This document shows, in pieces, positions 36,912 to 45,855 of a stretch of 64,000 bases of DNA (position 1 is the stretch's first letter; each line of letters starts with the position of its first letter). Source of the stretch: Spirochaetota bacterium (lineage in GTDB: Bacteria; Spirochaetota; Brevinematia; Brevinematales; Brevinemataceae); contig JAGUQW010000004.1 of NCBI GenBank assembly GCA_030154445.1, positions 36,940 to 100,939 of the forward strand. The letters run 5' to 3'. The notes under the pieces were generated by a model. That model was given only the letters and a program-made list of their open reading frames with translations, made no database searches and had not been told where the DNA came from. The translations under genes were made by a program, and so were the position numbers.

Positions 36912-37850
36912 ATGAAACACAAATTATTAATTTTAATGAGTTTTATTATATCAATAAATATTTATGGACAAGGATTAATTGAGCACAATTTTATTGATTT
37001 CAATACTTTTGAAGAGCAAATTCAAGAAACATATCCAAATCCAGAAAATCAATTATTATCTGTAGAAGGTAAAGCTGTTGCAGATATTGGATCTGAATTA
37101 TTTATGTTAGATAATTGGCTCGTATCTCTTACTAACTCTTCTGGAGAAAATAAAATTTCTCAAAGAGATTCCTATAGTAAAAAAGTTACTAGTGGAGAAC
37201 AAGGTACTGTTTTAGGTGTTCGTATTAAATTTCCAGAATGGCCTTATAGTGGAGAAGCTTTAATTAGACCAAAATTTCCTATTCTTCCTTTTACTAAAGA
37301 TGGTAAATATGCTAATATTAATAATGGTGTCTTAACCAATGTCGGTACTATCAAAGAATTCACACTGTGGGCCAATGGTAGAAATTTTCCTTTTACAATT
37401 GGTGTTCGCGTTACAGATCTTAAAGGTAAGATCTCAGAATTTGGTCTTGGTTCTTTATTTTTTGTAGGTTGGAGAAATTTATCTTATAAAAACCCATTCT
37501 TTTCTGATAGGATTATTAATAATATCAAACCAAATAATCGCATTTATCCTAGTGATATTCCTCTTATACGTTTTGAACATATTGCAATTTATAGACCAGG
37601 GAATTATGCTGGTGGAGATTTTGTAAGTTATTTTGGTAATATGAAAGTTTCCTATACTCCATACCTAACTGATATACCAACAGATATCAACGATGAAGAA
37701 ACATGGGGAATTATTTCAGATCAACAAGAATTAAGAGCTTCTGGTATTAATTCAGCACTTTATGAAGAAATACTTCAATACGAATATGCTAAAAAACGTG
37801 TTCAAACTGAAAACAACAATGAAAATACAGAAAATGAATATCCTGAATAA
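36912..37850 (+). CDS. flaA: Flagellar filament outer-layer (sheath) protein FlaA
   Basis: Signal peptide, then blocks colinear with Treponema FlaA as I recall it: LGVRIKFPEW...ALIRPKFPI, VLTNVGTIKEF, FFVGWRNLSYKNP, AGGDFVSYFGNMKVSY, DEETWGI. Confidence 0.85.
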   Translation: MKHKLLILMSFIISINIYGQGLIEHNFIDFNTFEEQIQETYPNPENQLLSVEGKAVADIGSELFMLDNWLVSLTNSSGENKISQRDSYSKKVTSGEQGTVLGVRIKFPEWPYSGEALIRPKFPILPFTKDGKYANINNGVLTNVGTIKEFTLWANGRNFPFTIGVRVTDLKGKISEFGLGSLFFVGWRNLSYKNPFFSDRIINNIKPNNRIYPSDIPLIRFEHIAIYRPGNYAGGDFVSYFGNMKVSYTPYLTDIPTDINDEETWGIISDQQELRASGINSALYEEILQYEYAKKRVQTENNNENTENEYPE

Positions 37851-37962
37851 TAATCAATATTTTAATAAATGATATAAATACCGTCACACGGAACAGGGAT
37901 GTCATCGTTTGTCGGAAAAGAAGAGATAAGCTATAAAATTCTTCTACGCTAACAGAGACTAA

Positions 37963-37996
37963 AGCACAGTAGTTGTATAACTACTGTGCTTTTTTA
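37963..37996 (+). terminator. Intrinsic terminator 113 nt downstream of the flaA stop
   Basis: AGCACAGTAGTT-GTAT-AACTACTGTGCTTTTTT: a 12-bp perfect stem. Confidence 0.85.
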
Positions 37997-38026
37997 TGTA
38001 CGTCGACTTTTTATTAGCTTTTTTTC

Positions 38027-38055
38027 TTGCTTTTTAAATGAAAATATGTTATTAT
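38027..38055 (+). promoter_or_regulatory. Sigma70-type promoter for the exporter/chrA pair
   Basis: TTGCTT-17 nt-TATTAT, located after the flaA terminator. Confidence 0.45.
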
Positions 38056-38086
38056 TTTTGTAGATACAATCAAAATGGAGGGTGTA

Positions 38087-39265
38087 ATGAATTTATTGCA
38101 AATACTGTACCTATCAGCATCGAATACATTTATTCAAGTTGGAACTTTCGTTGCTATGACTCTTTTAATATTTGGATACATTAATTACAAAACACAAGGA
38201 AGATTAATAAATTCATTTACAAAATATAAACATCTTCAAGTATTTTTTGGAGCTTTACTAGGCTTAAGTCCTGGTTGTGGTGGTGCTATTCTAGTAATGC
38301 CTTTATATTTAAAAGGTCAAGTGACTTTTGGAACTGTTTTGGCAACCTTGGTAGCAACTATGGGTGATGCCGCTTTTGTCCTTATTGTTTCTGCTCCCAA
38401 AGAATATATATATATAAGTATAATTTCTTTTATTACAGCCTTAGTATTTGGATATAGTTATGATTTTTTCAAAAAAGATTCCTATTTCAAAGTTCCTTTC
38501 AGTAGCGAAAAGTTACAAGCAAATAATCCTATGTTCCAACCTGAACAAACTTCTTTTGAAGACGATATACAACCAAACTATGTTCCATGTCCTGGTTGTA
38601 ATACAGAATATAAAATTAAAATCCCTTCTCTACAAAAATCAATCTACTATTTTCGTCACCATTATGGGTATCTGATTATTTGGATATTATCTATTTTGGC
38701 TTTTCCATTAGGTATTCTAAACTTAATACAAATAGATTATGAAATAGCTTTTCCTATTAAAAATCTTGGTATTATTGGAGCTATAGGAACAGGCTTCTGT
38801 GTTATTTATAATCTTATCATCAAAAAAATATTTATTGATGATATCTTACCTGAAATTAAAAGCAAACAATCTTCTTTAAAGGAAACTCTTATTCATAATG
38901 CCGAAGAAACATCTTTTGTAGTTATGTGGATATTTTTAGCACTTTTTACTTACGATCTTATAGTTGCATTTATTGGTGGCCCTGAAGTTATTGCACAAGC
39001 TCTACAGCAAACTGGTTATCTTACTATTGTTATTGCATTATTAGTAGGATTATTACCAGGTTGTGGTCCTCAGATTATTTTAGCAACTCTCTATTCTCAA
39101 GGGCTGATCCCTTTCTCTGCAATGCTTACTAATGCTATTTGTAATGATGGAGATGCCTTATTTCCACTTATTGCGATGGACAAACAATCCGCTCTTTATG
39201 CAAGCTTGTATGGATTGCTTCCTGCTTTTGTTATAGGAACGATAGCTTATTTTTTAGGATTTTAG
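38087..39265 (+). CDS. Putative 10-TM permease (ArsP_2/DUF2899-like, predicted metal or oxyanion exporter)
   Basis: Internally duplicated polytopic protein with paired motifs GLSPGCGGAI and GLLPGCGPQI plus MGDAAFVLI / CNDGDALFPL. ATG at 38087 after a GGAGGG RBS. Confidence 0.45.
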   Translation: MNLLQILYLSASNTFIQVGTFVAMTLLIFGYINYKTQGRLINSFTKYKHLQVFFGALLGLSPGCGGAILVMPLYLKGQVTFGTVLATLVATMGDAAFVLIVSAPKEYIYISIISFITALVFGYSYDFFKKDSYFKVPFSSEKLQANNPMFQPEQTSFEDDIQPNYVPCPGCNTEYKIKIPSLQKSIYYFRHHYGYLIIWILSILAFPLGILNLIQIDYEIAFPIKNLGIIGAIGTGFCVIYNLIIKKIFIDDILPEIKSKQSSLKETLIHNAEETSFVVMWIFLALFTYDLIVAFIGGPEVIAQALQQTGYLTIVIALLVGLLPGCGPQIILATLYSQGLIPFSAMLTNAICNDGDALFPLIAMDKQSALYASLYGLLPAFVIGTIAYFLGF

Positions 39266-39272
39266 ATATTTT

Positions 39273-40340
39273 ATGCTTCTACAATTATTTCAAATTTTTT
39301 TAAAAATAGGATTCACTGCTTTTGGTGGTCCTATTGTTCATATAGCTATGGTGGAGCAAGAAATAGTTAGCAACCAAAAATTAATTAGTAAAGATCAATT
39401 TTTAAATTATATAGGGATGGTTAATCTCATTCCAGGACCTAATTCCACACAATTAATTATGTTATGTGGCTTAAAACTAAAAGGAATATCGGGAATGTTA
39501 GTTTCTGGATTTGCTTTTATTTTTCCAGCAGTATTAATCACCCTTATCTTAGCTATCATTTACCATCAATCTTCAAAACTCACTTTTTTAATTCCTATTT
39601 TTAGTTATCTCAAATATGGCATATTTCCTATTATTTTATTTTCTCTTATAAAATTCACCAAAACAGCCTCCAAAAATTATTCTCTAGCACTGATTCTTAT
39701 ATTATCTACTCTTACTAATTTGATTTTCAATAATGAAATTCTAATTATTTTTGTTATGGGAATTATTGGTTTTATTACTAGCATCTTAATTAAAAATAAT
39801 AAAAACAAATTATATTCTATAAATGTAATTTTACTTTCTACTATATTTTACAAATTTTTAATTATTGGTTTCACTTTATTTGGTGGAGGATTTCTACTAA
39901 TAGCCTATGTTAAGGATCAATTTTTTCAAATGTTAAGTAATGAGCAAATTTTAGATGCTATTGCCTTTGGACAATTTACTCCAGGTCCTATATTGACTAG
40001 TGCTACTTTTATGGGCTATCAAATGGGAGGAATCTTAGGAGCTCTTGTTGCAACAGTAGGTATTTTCATTCCTTCGATTATTCTTATTCCTCTTTTAGAC
40101 AAAATATTTTCATCATATAAAAATCCTAAGATATCACTTTTTATTGATAATATTAATGCTGCTAGTATAGGAGTAATGCTTGCTATTACGATAAAAATAG
40201 CATTAGAATTGGGTGCAAATTTGTATGGATTGCCTATCATTCTAATTAATAGTCTTTTATTTTATAAAAAAACACCAACTTTATATCTGATTTTTTTATC
40301 GATGATTTATGGGTATGGGATATCTTTTATTAACATATAA
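39273..40340 (+). CDS. chrA: Chromate ion transporter (CHR) family protein, two CHR domains
   Basis: GFTAFGGPIVHIAMVEQEIV...LIPGPNSTQL, repeated as GFTLFGGGFLLIAYV...FTPGPILTSA. Confidence 0.8.
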   Translation: MLLQLFQIFLKIGFTAFGGPIVHIAMVEQEIVSNQKLISKDQFLNYIGMVNLIPGPNSTQLIMLCGLKLKGISGMLVSGFAFIFPAVLITLILAIIYHQSSKLTFLIPIFSYLKYGIFPIILFSLIKFTKTASKNYSLALILILSTLTNLIFNNEILIIFVMGIIGFITSILIKNNKNKLYSINVILLSTIFYKFLIIGFTLFGGGFLLIAYVKDQFFQMLSNEQILDAIAFGQFTPGPILTSATFMGYQMGGILGALVATVGIFIPSIILIPLLDKIFSSYKNPKISLFIDNINAASIGVMLAITIKIALELGANLYGLPIILINSLLFYKKTPTLYLIFLSMIYGYGISFINI

Positions 40341-40427
40341 AAAACACCTCAATTGAATAAGATCGTATAATTGAAAATTCATTACAAATCTCTTATAATA
40401 TATAAGATAAAAATAAAAGAGGGTGTA

Positions 40428-41780
40428 ATGAGATTTTATAATTCCTTATCTAAAAAAATAGAAATATTCCCTAAACAAGAATCCGTAAATATTTATTCTT
40501 GTGGGCCTACTGTCTATGATTTTGTACATATAGGAAATTTACGCACTTTTTTATTCGAGGATTTATTAATTCGCACCCTTAAAGATAATGCTTATAACAT
40601 TGTTCATACACGAAACATTACAGATATAGACGACAAAACAATTAAACATGCTCAAGAACAAAATATATCTCTCTCAGAATTCACTAATAAATACACAGAA
40701 GAATTTTTAACAGATCTAAAAAATTTGAATTTTGATCAAAGCTCTACCACTTATTTAAAAGCTACAGACTATATTCAGCCTATGATAAACATGATTCAAA
40801 AATTAATAGATAATAACTACGCTTATGAAACAGAAGACGGTGTTTATTTCAAAACATCTTCATTTAATCATTATGGAGATTTTGCAGGATTAAACTTAGA
40901 AAATATTCAACAAGGTGCTTCTGGACATAATTCTGATTTTACTAAAGAAGATTTTGGTGATTTTGTATTATGGAAAAAATATAAAAAAAGTGATGGATGT
41001 GTATATTGGGAAAGTGCATGGGGCAAAGGAAGACCAGGGTGGCATACAGAATGTGCAGCAATGGTACAACATCAATATCCTAAGGGATTGGATATTCATA
41101 CTGGTGGTGTCGATCTTTTGTTTCCTCATCATACTAATGAAAAGGCTCATTGTGAATGCCTTTCTTCTAAATCTATGTCTAAATTTTGGTTACATGCCAC
41201 TCATTTATTAGTTGATAATCAAAAAATGAGTAAAAGTCTCGGCAATTTTTATACTGTTCGTGATTTGATTGAAAAAGGATTTGATTATAAAACAATTCGT
41301 TTTTATCTTCAAACTGAAGCCCATTACAGATCCTCGTTGAATTTCACTCTTGAAGGATTAAAAGGTGCTGATTCTGCACTCAAAAGAATTAATAATTTTA
41401 TTTGTGAAATTATTGAAAAACCTAGTACTGCCACCAATAATCAATTAAAAGAAAAATTTGACTCTCATCTACATGATGACTTGAATATCCCAAGAGCAAT
41501 GGGAGAAATCTTTACTACTATTAATAATTTTTATCATGGAATTACTATAGATACAGAAAGTACTCTTCAAGATCTAAAAAAAATCAATCAAATTTTAGAA
41601 GTTTTTAGTTTTCCACAAGAAACAATTTTGAATAATATTACCCAAAAATTATATGATCTTCGTATAATTGCTAGAAAAGAAAAAAATTGGAGTGAATCAG
41701 ATAGACTTCGTGATGAATTATTACTCCATGGTATAGAAATAAGAGATAACAAAGATAGTGTAAGCATAAGGAAAATATAA
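40428..41780 (+). CDS. cysS: Cysteine--tRNA ligase
   Basis: YSCGPTVYDFVHIGNLRT (HIGH), GRPGWHTECAAM, KMSKSLGN. ATG at 40428 after a GAGGG RBS. Confidence 0.95.
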   Translation: MRFYNSLSKKIEIFPKQESVNIYSCGPTVYDFVHIGNLRTFLFEDLLIRTLKDNAYNIVHTRNITDIDDKTIKHAQEQNISLSEFTNKYTEEFLTDLKNLNFDQSSTTYLKATDYIQPMINMIQKLIDNNYAYETEDGVYFKTSSFNHYGDFAGLNLENIQQGASGHNSDFTKEDFGDFVLWKKYKKSDGCVYWESAWGKGRPGWHTECAAMVQHQYPKGLDIHTGGVDLLFPHHTNEKAHCECLSSKSMSKFWLHATHLLVDNQKMSKSLGNFYTVRDLIEKGFDYKTIRFYLQTEAHYRSSLNFTLEGLKGADSALKRINNFICEIIEKPSTATNNQLKEKFDSHLHDDLNIPRAMGEIFTTINNFYHGITIDTESTLQDLKKINQILEVFSFPQETILNNITQKLYDLRIIARKEKNWSESDRLRDELLLHGIEIRDNKDSVSIRKI

Positions 41781-42604
41781 TGCGATCTATTTTTTTACTA
41801 TTCGTTTTGGGAATTGGAATTATCCTATCTTTATTTATTAAGATCCCCTCTTCAAAATCCTCATCTATTAAAAAAATAATTTCTCTTTCCCCATCACATA
41901 CTCAAACATTAGATTATTTAAATCTAGGCAATAAAATTATAGCTATTTCTAGTTTTGATACAGATCTTTATTATCAAGATAGAATAAAGATTGCTGGTGG
42001 GATATATTTTGATGAAGAAAAATTATTAGAACTTTCGCCAGATTTAATAATTATTGGTGATATTCAAAAAAACAATACAAGTGTAGCATTTTTAGAATCT
42101 AAAGGAATAAAAACTCTCACTCTCAAAACAAGTTCTTTTCAAGATATTTATCAATCTATTTTGGATTTACAAGAATTATTTCCACAAATAATTTCTGATA
42201 CTATCGTATCTAATTATTTGCAAGAATGGCAATATATTCAAAACACTCTTATTAGTAATACTCGTTCAGCCTTGATTGTACTTTCTATAGATCCTGTTTA
42301 TTCTATTTCTACAAATAATTATCTTAATGAATTATATGCTTATAGTGGTTGGAATAATGTTGTTAAAACAACAGTGCCTTATCCGATTTTTGATGAAGAA
42401 CAGTTAAGATCTTTATCACCGGTGGATGATCTTATTATTTCTTCTTTTTTAACTAATGAGCTAGCAAGTATTAGTAATATCCAAAAACAAATTAATGCAA
42501 AAAATATTGTGATTATTTCCAATACTTCTATTAATTTGCCTTCTCCTTATCTTTTGAGTATAATAAAAGAGCTTCGTCTCATACAAAGCTCTTTAGTTAA
42601 TTAA
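41780..42604 (+). CDS. ABC substrate-binding protein, BtuF/FhuD (cluster A-II) type
   Basis: Signal/anchor, then KIISLSPSHTQTLDYLNLGNKIIAIS and SPDLIIIGD, typical of cobalamin/siderophore binding proteins. Confidence 0.6.
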   Translation: MRSIFLLFVLGIGIILSLFIKIPSSKSSSIKKIISLSPSHTQTLDYLNLGNKIIAISSFDTDLYYQDRIKIAGGIYFDEEKLLELSPDLIIIGDIQKNNTSVAFLESKGIKTLTLKTSSFQDIYQSILDLQELFPQIISDTIVSNYLQEWQYIQNTLISNTRSALIVLSIDPVYSISTNNYLNELYAYSGWNNVVKTTVPYPIFDEEQLRSLSPVDDLIISSFLTNELASISNIQKQINAKNIVIISNTSINLPSPYLLSIIKELRLIQSSLVN

Positions 42605-43239
42605 TTATGTTGAACTCTACTACGAAAATTCCTTATTGAATTACCTATCATTTGATAATTTTCTTCGAGAAGATCTATTTTAGAAAACAAAGCACCTTTA
42701 AGAGCAACAGCTTTTGCACCAAAGCGTAAAAACTCTAATGCAGAAGAAATAGTTAATCCACCTGTAAGAATAAAATTAGCATCTGGCAAATATTCTAAAA
42801 TAGAAACAATAGATTTATAATGCAATTGTGATGCAGGAAATATTTGTACCAGATCAGATTGTGTTTTATGAGCATCATAAATTTCTGTAGGAGTAAATCC
42901 TGAAATAATTGCTGGTACATTATATTTTGAAGCTACAACAGGAAGATCTTTTGCAAGCACAGAACTTACTACAAATTGCGCACCTTTTTTGATAGCTATC
43001 TCGGCATCTTCTGATGAATAGAAAAAACCTGCACCTATCTTCATCTCTGGATATTTTTTGGTTAATTCACCAATCACATCAGCTTGTTGAAGTTGCTGAG
43101 GATTTTTAAAATTCACTTGTAAAATAGGAACAGATTGTTCTAACATGGTTTCCAACAATGCTTCAGCATTTATTATTGATTCAAAATCAACAATAGGAAG
43201 AAATTTTAACGCTAAAATACGCTCTATTGACACATCCAT
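42601..43239 (-). CDS. KDPG/KHG aldolase (Eda) homologue with substituted catalytic residues
   Basis: Colinear with E. coli Eda as recalled: ILQVNFKN (VLEVTLRT), IGAGFF (VGAGTV), GAQFVVS (GAQFAIS), ISGFTPTE (IPGISTVSE), LVQIFPA (FKFFPA), LTGGLT (PTGGIS). Confidence 0.6.
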   Translation of the reverse strand: MDVSIERILALKFLPIVDFESIINAEALLETMLEQSVPILQVNFKNPQQLQQADVIGELTKKYPEMKIGAGFFYSSEDAEIAIKKGAQFVVSSVLAKDLPVVASKYNVPAIISGFTPTEIYDAHKTQSDLVQIFPASQLHYKSIVSILEYLPDANFILTGGLTISSALEFLRFGAKAVALKGALFSKIDLLEENYQMIGNSIRNFRSRVQHN

Positions 43240-43314
43240 AAAAACCCCATATAATATATATACATATATTATTACTTAAAAAGAATAATATTTCAAGAGA
43301 TAATAGGTAGAAAA

Positions 43315-43806
43315 ATGAAAAAAAAAATAATTATACCCACTAAAATTGCTCCTAAGATTATTATGATAGCAAATAATAAAAAAGCTAATCATGAATATGA
43401 AGTTTTAGAAAAATTTGAATCTGGGATTGAGCTTCGTGGAACAGAAATAAAATCTCTGAGAGAAGGTCGAGTAAATCTAAAAGAAGCCTATATTTTAGTG
43501 CGTGGTGGTACTGCCAAAATTATCGGTATGAATATTAGCACTTATGATTTTGGAAATATTTTTAATCATATTCCCAAAAGAGAGCGACAATTACTTTTAC
43601 ACAAAAAAGAAATTGTAAAGTTAGAGCAACGCTCTACACAAGAAGGATTAACGATCATTCCTCTTTCTATCTATATCAAAGGTCGTTTAGCAAAATTATC
43701 TATTGCTTTATGTAAAGGGAAAAAACTTTACGATAAAAGAGCTGCATTACAAGCAAAAGATACAAATAGAGAAATACAACGGACTCTCAAAGCTAATCGT
43801 TTGTAA
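43315..43806 (+). CDS. smpB: SsrA-binding protein SmpB
   Basis: IANNKKANHEYEVLEKFESGIELRGTEIKSLR...LLLHKKEI. The true start may be the internal Met at 43363. Confidence 0.9.
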   Translation: MKKKIIIPTKIAPKIIMIANNKKANHEYEVLEKFESGIELRGTEIKSLREGRVNLKEAYILVRGGTAKIIGMNISTYDFGNIFNHIPKRERQLLLHKKEIVKLEQRSTQEGLTIIPLSIYIKGRLAKLSIALCKGKKLYDKRAALQAKDTNREIQRTLKANRL

Positions 43807-43816
43807 CAAAATATTA

Positions 43817-44584
43817 TTATATAATTTTATCAATACATGTTTTACAATTTGGATCATTTGGTATAATTTTAATATGAGCTCCAAAAATTTGATGAATTAA
43901 TTCTTCTGATATTTCTGAAGGGTGTCCTAAATATTTCATTTCATTCATCAAAATCCCTACTTTATCTGATGCGGATACAATAGAGCTAATATCATGAGAA
44001 ATAATCATAATTCCTACATTTTCTTGTTTTAATTCTGATAATATTTTATATATTTGATTTATTGAAGAGATATCTAAGGCACTTGTAGGTTCATCTAAAA
44101 AGAGTAATTTCGGTTTATGAGCAATCGCTAATGCCAAGAGAACTCTCTGCCTTTGACCACCAGATAATGTCACAAAAAGTTCATTTTTTTTATCTAATAA
44201 TTTCACTCTATTAAGTGCGTTCTCAATAATTTCTATTTCTGTATTTGTCAATCTAAATCCGATTTTTGACGATAGAAAAATTTGTGCAACAACATCATAA
44301 ACAGTAAGTGGAAGTAATAAATTGACATTGTGATGTTGCGGAAGGTAGGCTATATCACCTTTGAATTGCTGTATTGCTTTTTTTGGAGTTAATCCATTAA
44401 TTAAGATAGAACCCTTTTGAATAGATTTTATCCCTAAAATAGATTTCAAAAGAGTAGTTTTGCCTGATCCATTAGGTCCAATAATTGCAAGCATTTCTCC
44501 TTGACATAAAGATAAAGAGACATTTTTAATTACAATATTTTTGCCATAAGATATATCAAGATTATTAACCTCTAATGTAAACAT
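43817..44584 (-). CDS. ABC ATPase, metal (Zn/Mn, ZnuC/TroB-like) type, no adjacent permease
   Basis: GPNGSGKTTLLK, LSGGQRQRVLLALA, LLFLDEPTSALD and the YLPQ motif common in metal-uptake ATPases. Confidence 0.65.
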   Translation of the reverse strand: MFTLEVNNLDISYGKNIVIKNVSLSLCQGEMLAIIGPNGSGKTTLLKSILGIKSIQKGSILINGLTPKKAIQQFKGDIAYLPQHHNVNLLLPLTVYDVVAQIFLSSKIGFRLTNTEIEIIENALNRVKLLDKKNELFVTLSGGQRQRVLLALAIAHKPKLLFLDEPTSALDISSINQIYKILSELKQENVGIMIISHDISSIVSASDKVGILMNEMKYLGHPSEISEELIHQIFGAHIKIIPNDPNCKTCIDKII

Positions 44585-44592
44585 TACTACCT

Positions 44593-44862
44593 CTATTTAA
44601 TAAGATTCATTAATAACTCTTGCCCCTTTTCACAATCAATTTGTAGAAAAATAAATTTCTTTTTCTTGGATTTATCTCCAGAAATTAATTGAATAGATGT
44701 TTTAGGGCAAGAAAAACTTTTAGCAAGGATATCTATTATTTTTTTATTAGCCTCTCCATCAACAGGTGGAGAGGTGATTTTTAATTTCAAACCCGAACTT
44801 TCTTGTACAAATTTATTACATGAAGATCTTGGAACTATTGTTAATTCTAAAATAAAAGACAT
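44593..44862 (-). CDS. yggU: YggU (DUF167) family protein
   Basis: KLKITSPPVDGEANKKIIDILAKSF is the DUF167 core. It lies downstream of yggT/yggS as in many bacteria. Confidence 0.75.
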   Translation of the reverse strand: MSFILELTIVPRSSCNKFVQESSGLKLKITSPPVDGEANKKIIDILAKSFSCPKTSIQLISGDKSKKKKFIFLQIDCEKGQELLMNLIK

Positions 44863-44863
44863 T

Positions 44864-45184
44864 TTATCCTAACATACTGATTACCAAACGAAGTACTAGA
44901 GTATGTGTCAGCTTAATCATTGTTTCTACAACCATCAAAAATATATACATATAAAAAGGTGAAAAATCCATAATACCAAAACGAATGGGAGGTAGTACTC
45001 TTAGTAATCCATAATAGACAGGATTAATTAAATTATCTACAAAGCGTAAAATAATTATTGACCTATTAACAGGTAACCAAGAGGATAAAATCCAAATGAA
45101 AAAAACTACATTATAAATCACAACTATAAATAATGAAAATTCAAATATTAAATTTATTATTCTTATACTTTGTTCTATGAGCAT
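44864..45184 (-). CDS. yggT: YggT family membrane protein
   Basis: Small multi-TM protein with ...NPVYYGLLRVLPPIRFGIMDFSPF..., immediately after yggS. Confidence 0.7.
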   Translation of the reverse strand: MLIEQSIRIINLIFEFSLFIVVIYNVVFFIWILSSWLPVNRSIIILRFVDNLINPVYYGLLRVLPPIRFGIMDFSPFYMYIFLMVVETMIKLTHTLVLRLVISMLG

Positions 45185-45198
45185 ATAACTCTCCTAAA

Positions 45199-45846
45199 TT
45201 ATTGAAATAAAACAGAACCCAATCTAATTATATCAGTTCCTTCTTGAATTGCCCATTCAAAATCGTTACTCATACCCATAGACAACTTCAAAGATATTAA
45301 TTCTGGATATTTTAATATCATACAATCTCTTAAAGATACTAAATCTACAAAAGATTTTCTAACAATATGTTCATCCAAACTTAATGCACCTATGGTCATT
45401 AAACCCTCAAAACAAATATTAGGATTTTGTAATAATAATTCTACCATACAACATAGTTCTTTTTCAGAACGAATTCCATGTTTACTATCTTCTAAAGATG
45501 TATTATATTGTAAAAAAACTTTTTTAGTTAAGCCTTGTGATGTTATTTTGTTAATTACACTAGTTAATTGATCTAATGATTCTATACTTTGTATAACATC
45601 AAAAAGTTTTAAAGCTTTATTTTCTTTATTACTCTGTAATGATCCTATCAAATGTTTTTCAACTATTCTATCGCCTAATACTTCAAATTTAACACAAGCC
45701 TCTTGTACTCTATTTTCGCCTATCATTGTTATCCCTTTATCTAACAAAGGAATGATATCTGACACAGTTCTATTTTTTGTAACAGCAAGAATTTCAATCT
45801 GTTTAGAGGTGATTTTATCAATACGCTCTAAAATAGAATCTAACAT
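45199..45846 (-). CDS. yggS: PLP-homeostasis protein YggS (alanine racemase N-terminal fold)
   Basis: ILAVTKNR (PLP lysine), IGENRVQE, HLIGSLQSNK, LSMGMSNDFEWAIQEGTDIIRLGS. Confidence 0.9.
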   Translation of the reverse strand: MLDSILERIDKITSKQIEILAVTKNRTVSDIIPLLDKGITMIGENRVQEACVKFEVLGDRIVEKHLIGSLQSNKENKALKLFDVIQSIESLDQLTSVINKITSQGLTKKVFLQYNTSLEDSKHGIRSEKELCCMVELLLQNPNICFEGLMTIGALSLDEHIVRKSFVDLVSLRDCMILKYPELISLKLSMGMSNDFEWAIQEGTDIIRLGSVLFQ

Positions 45847-45855
45847 AAAAAACCT

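Noticed and set aside
37880-37960. Possible yybP-ykoY (Mn2+) riboswitch, preQ1-like aptamer or SRP RNA in the flaA-exporter spacer
   Set aside because: It resembles the conserved cores I remember (GGGGAGUAG...AGCAAGACC; GGAA-tetraloop SRP domain IV; preQ1 A-rich tail) only partially. I cannot draw the expected P1 helix. A promoter-like element also follows the terminator. I keep it as a generic structured-RNA question, not a class assignment.
43240-43314. Looked for tmRNA (ssrA) next to smpB
   Set aside because: The flanking intergenic spaces are 75 nt and 10 nt, too short for a ~350-nt tmRNA. No tRNA-Ala-like acceptor or T-arm is visible.
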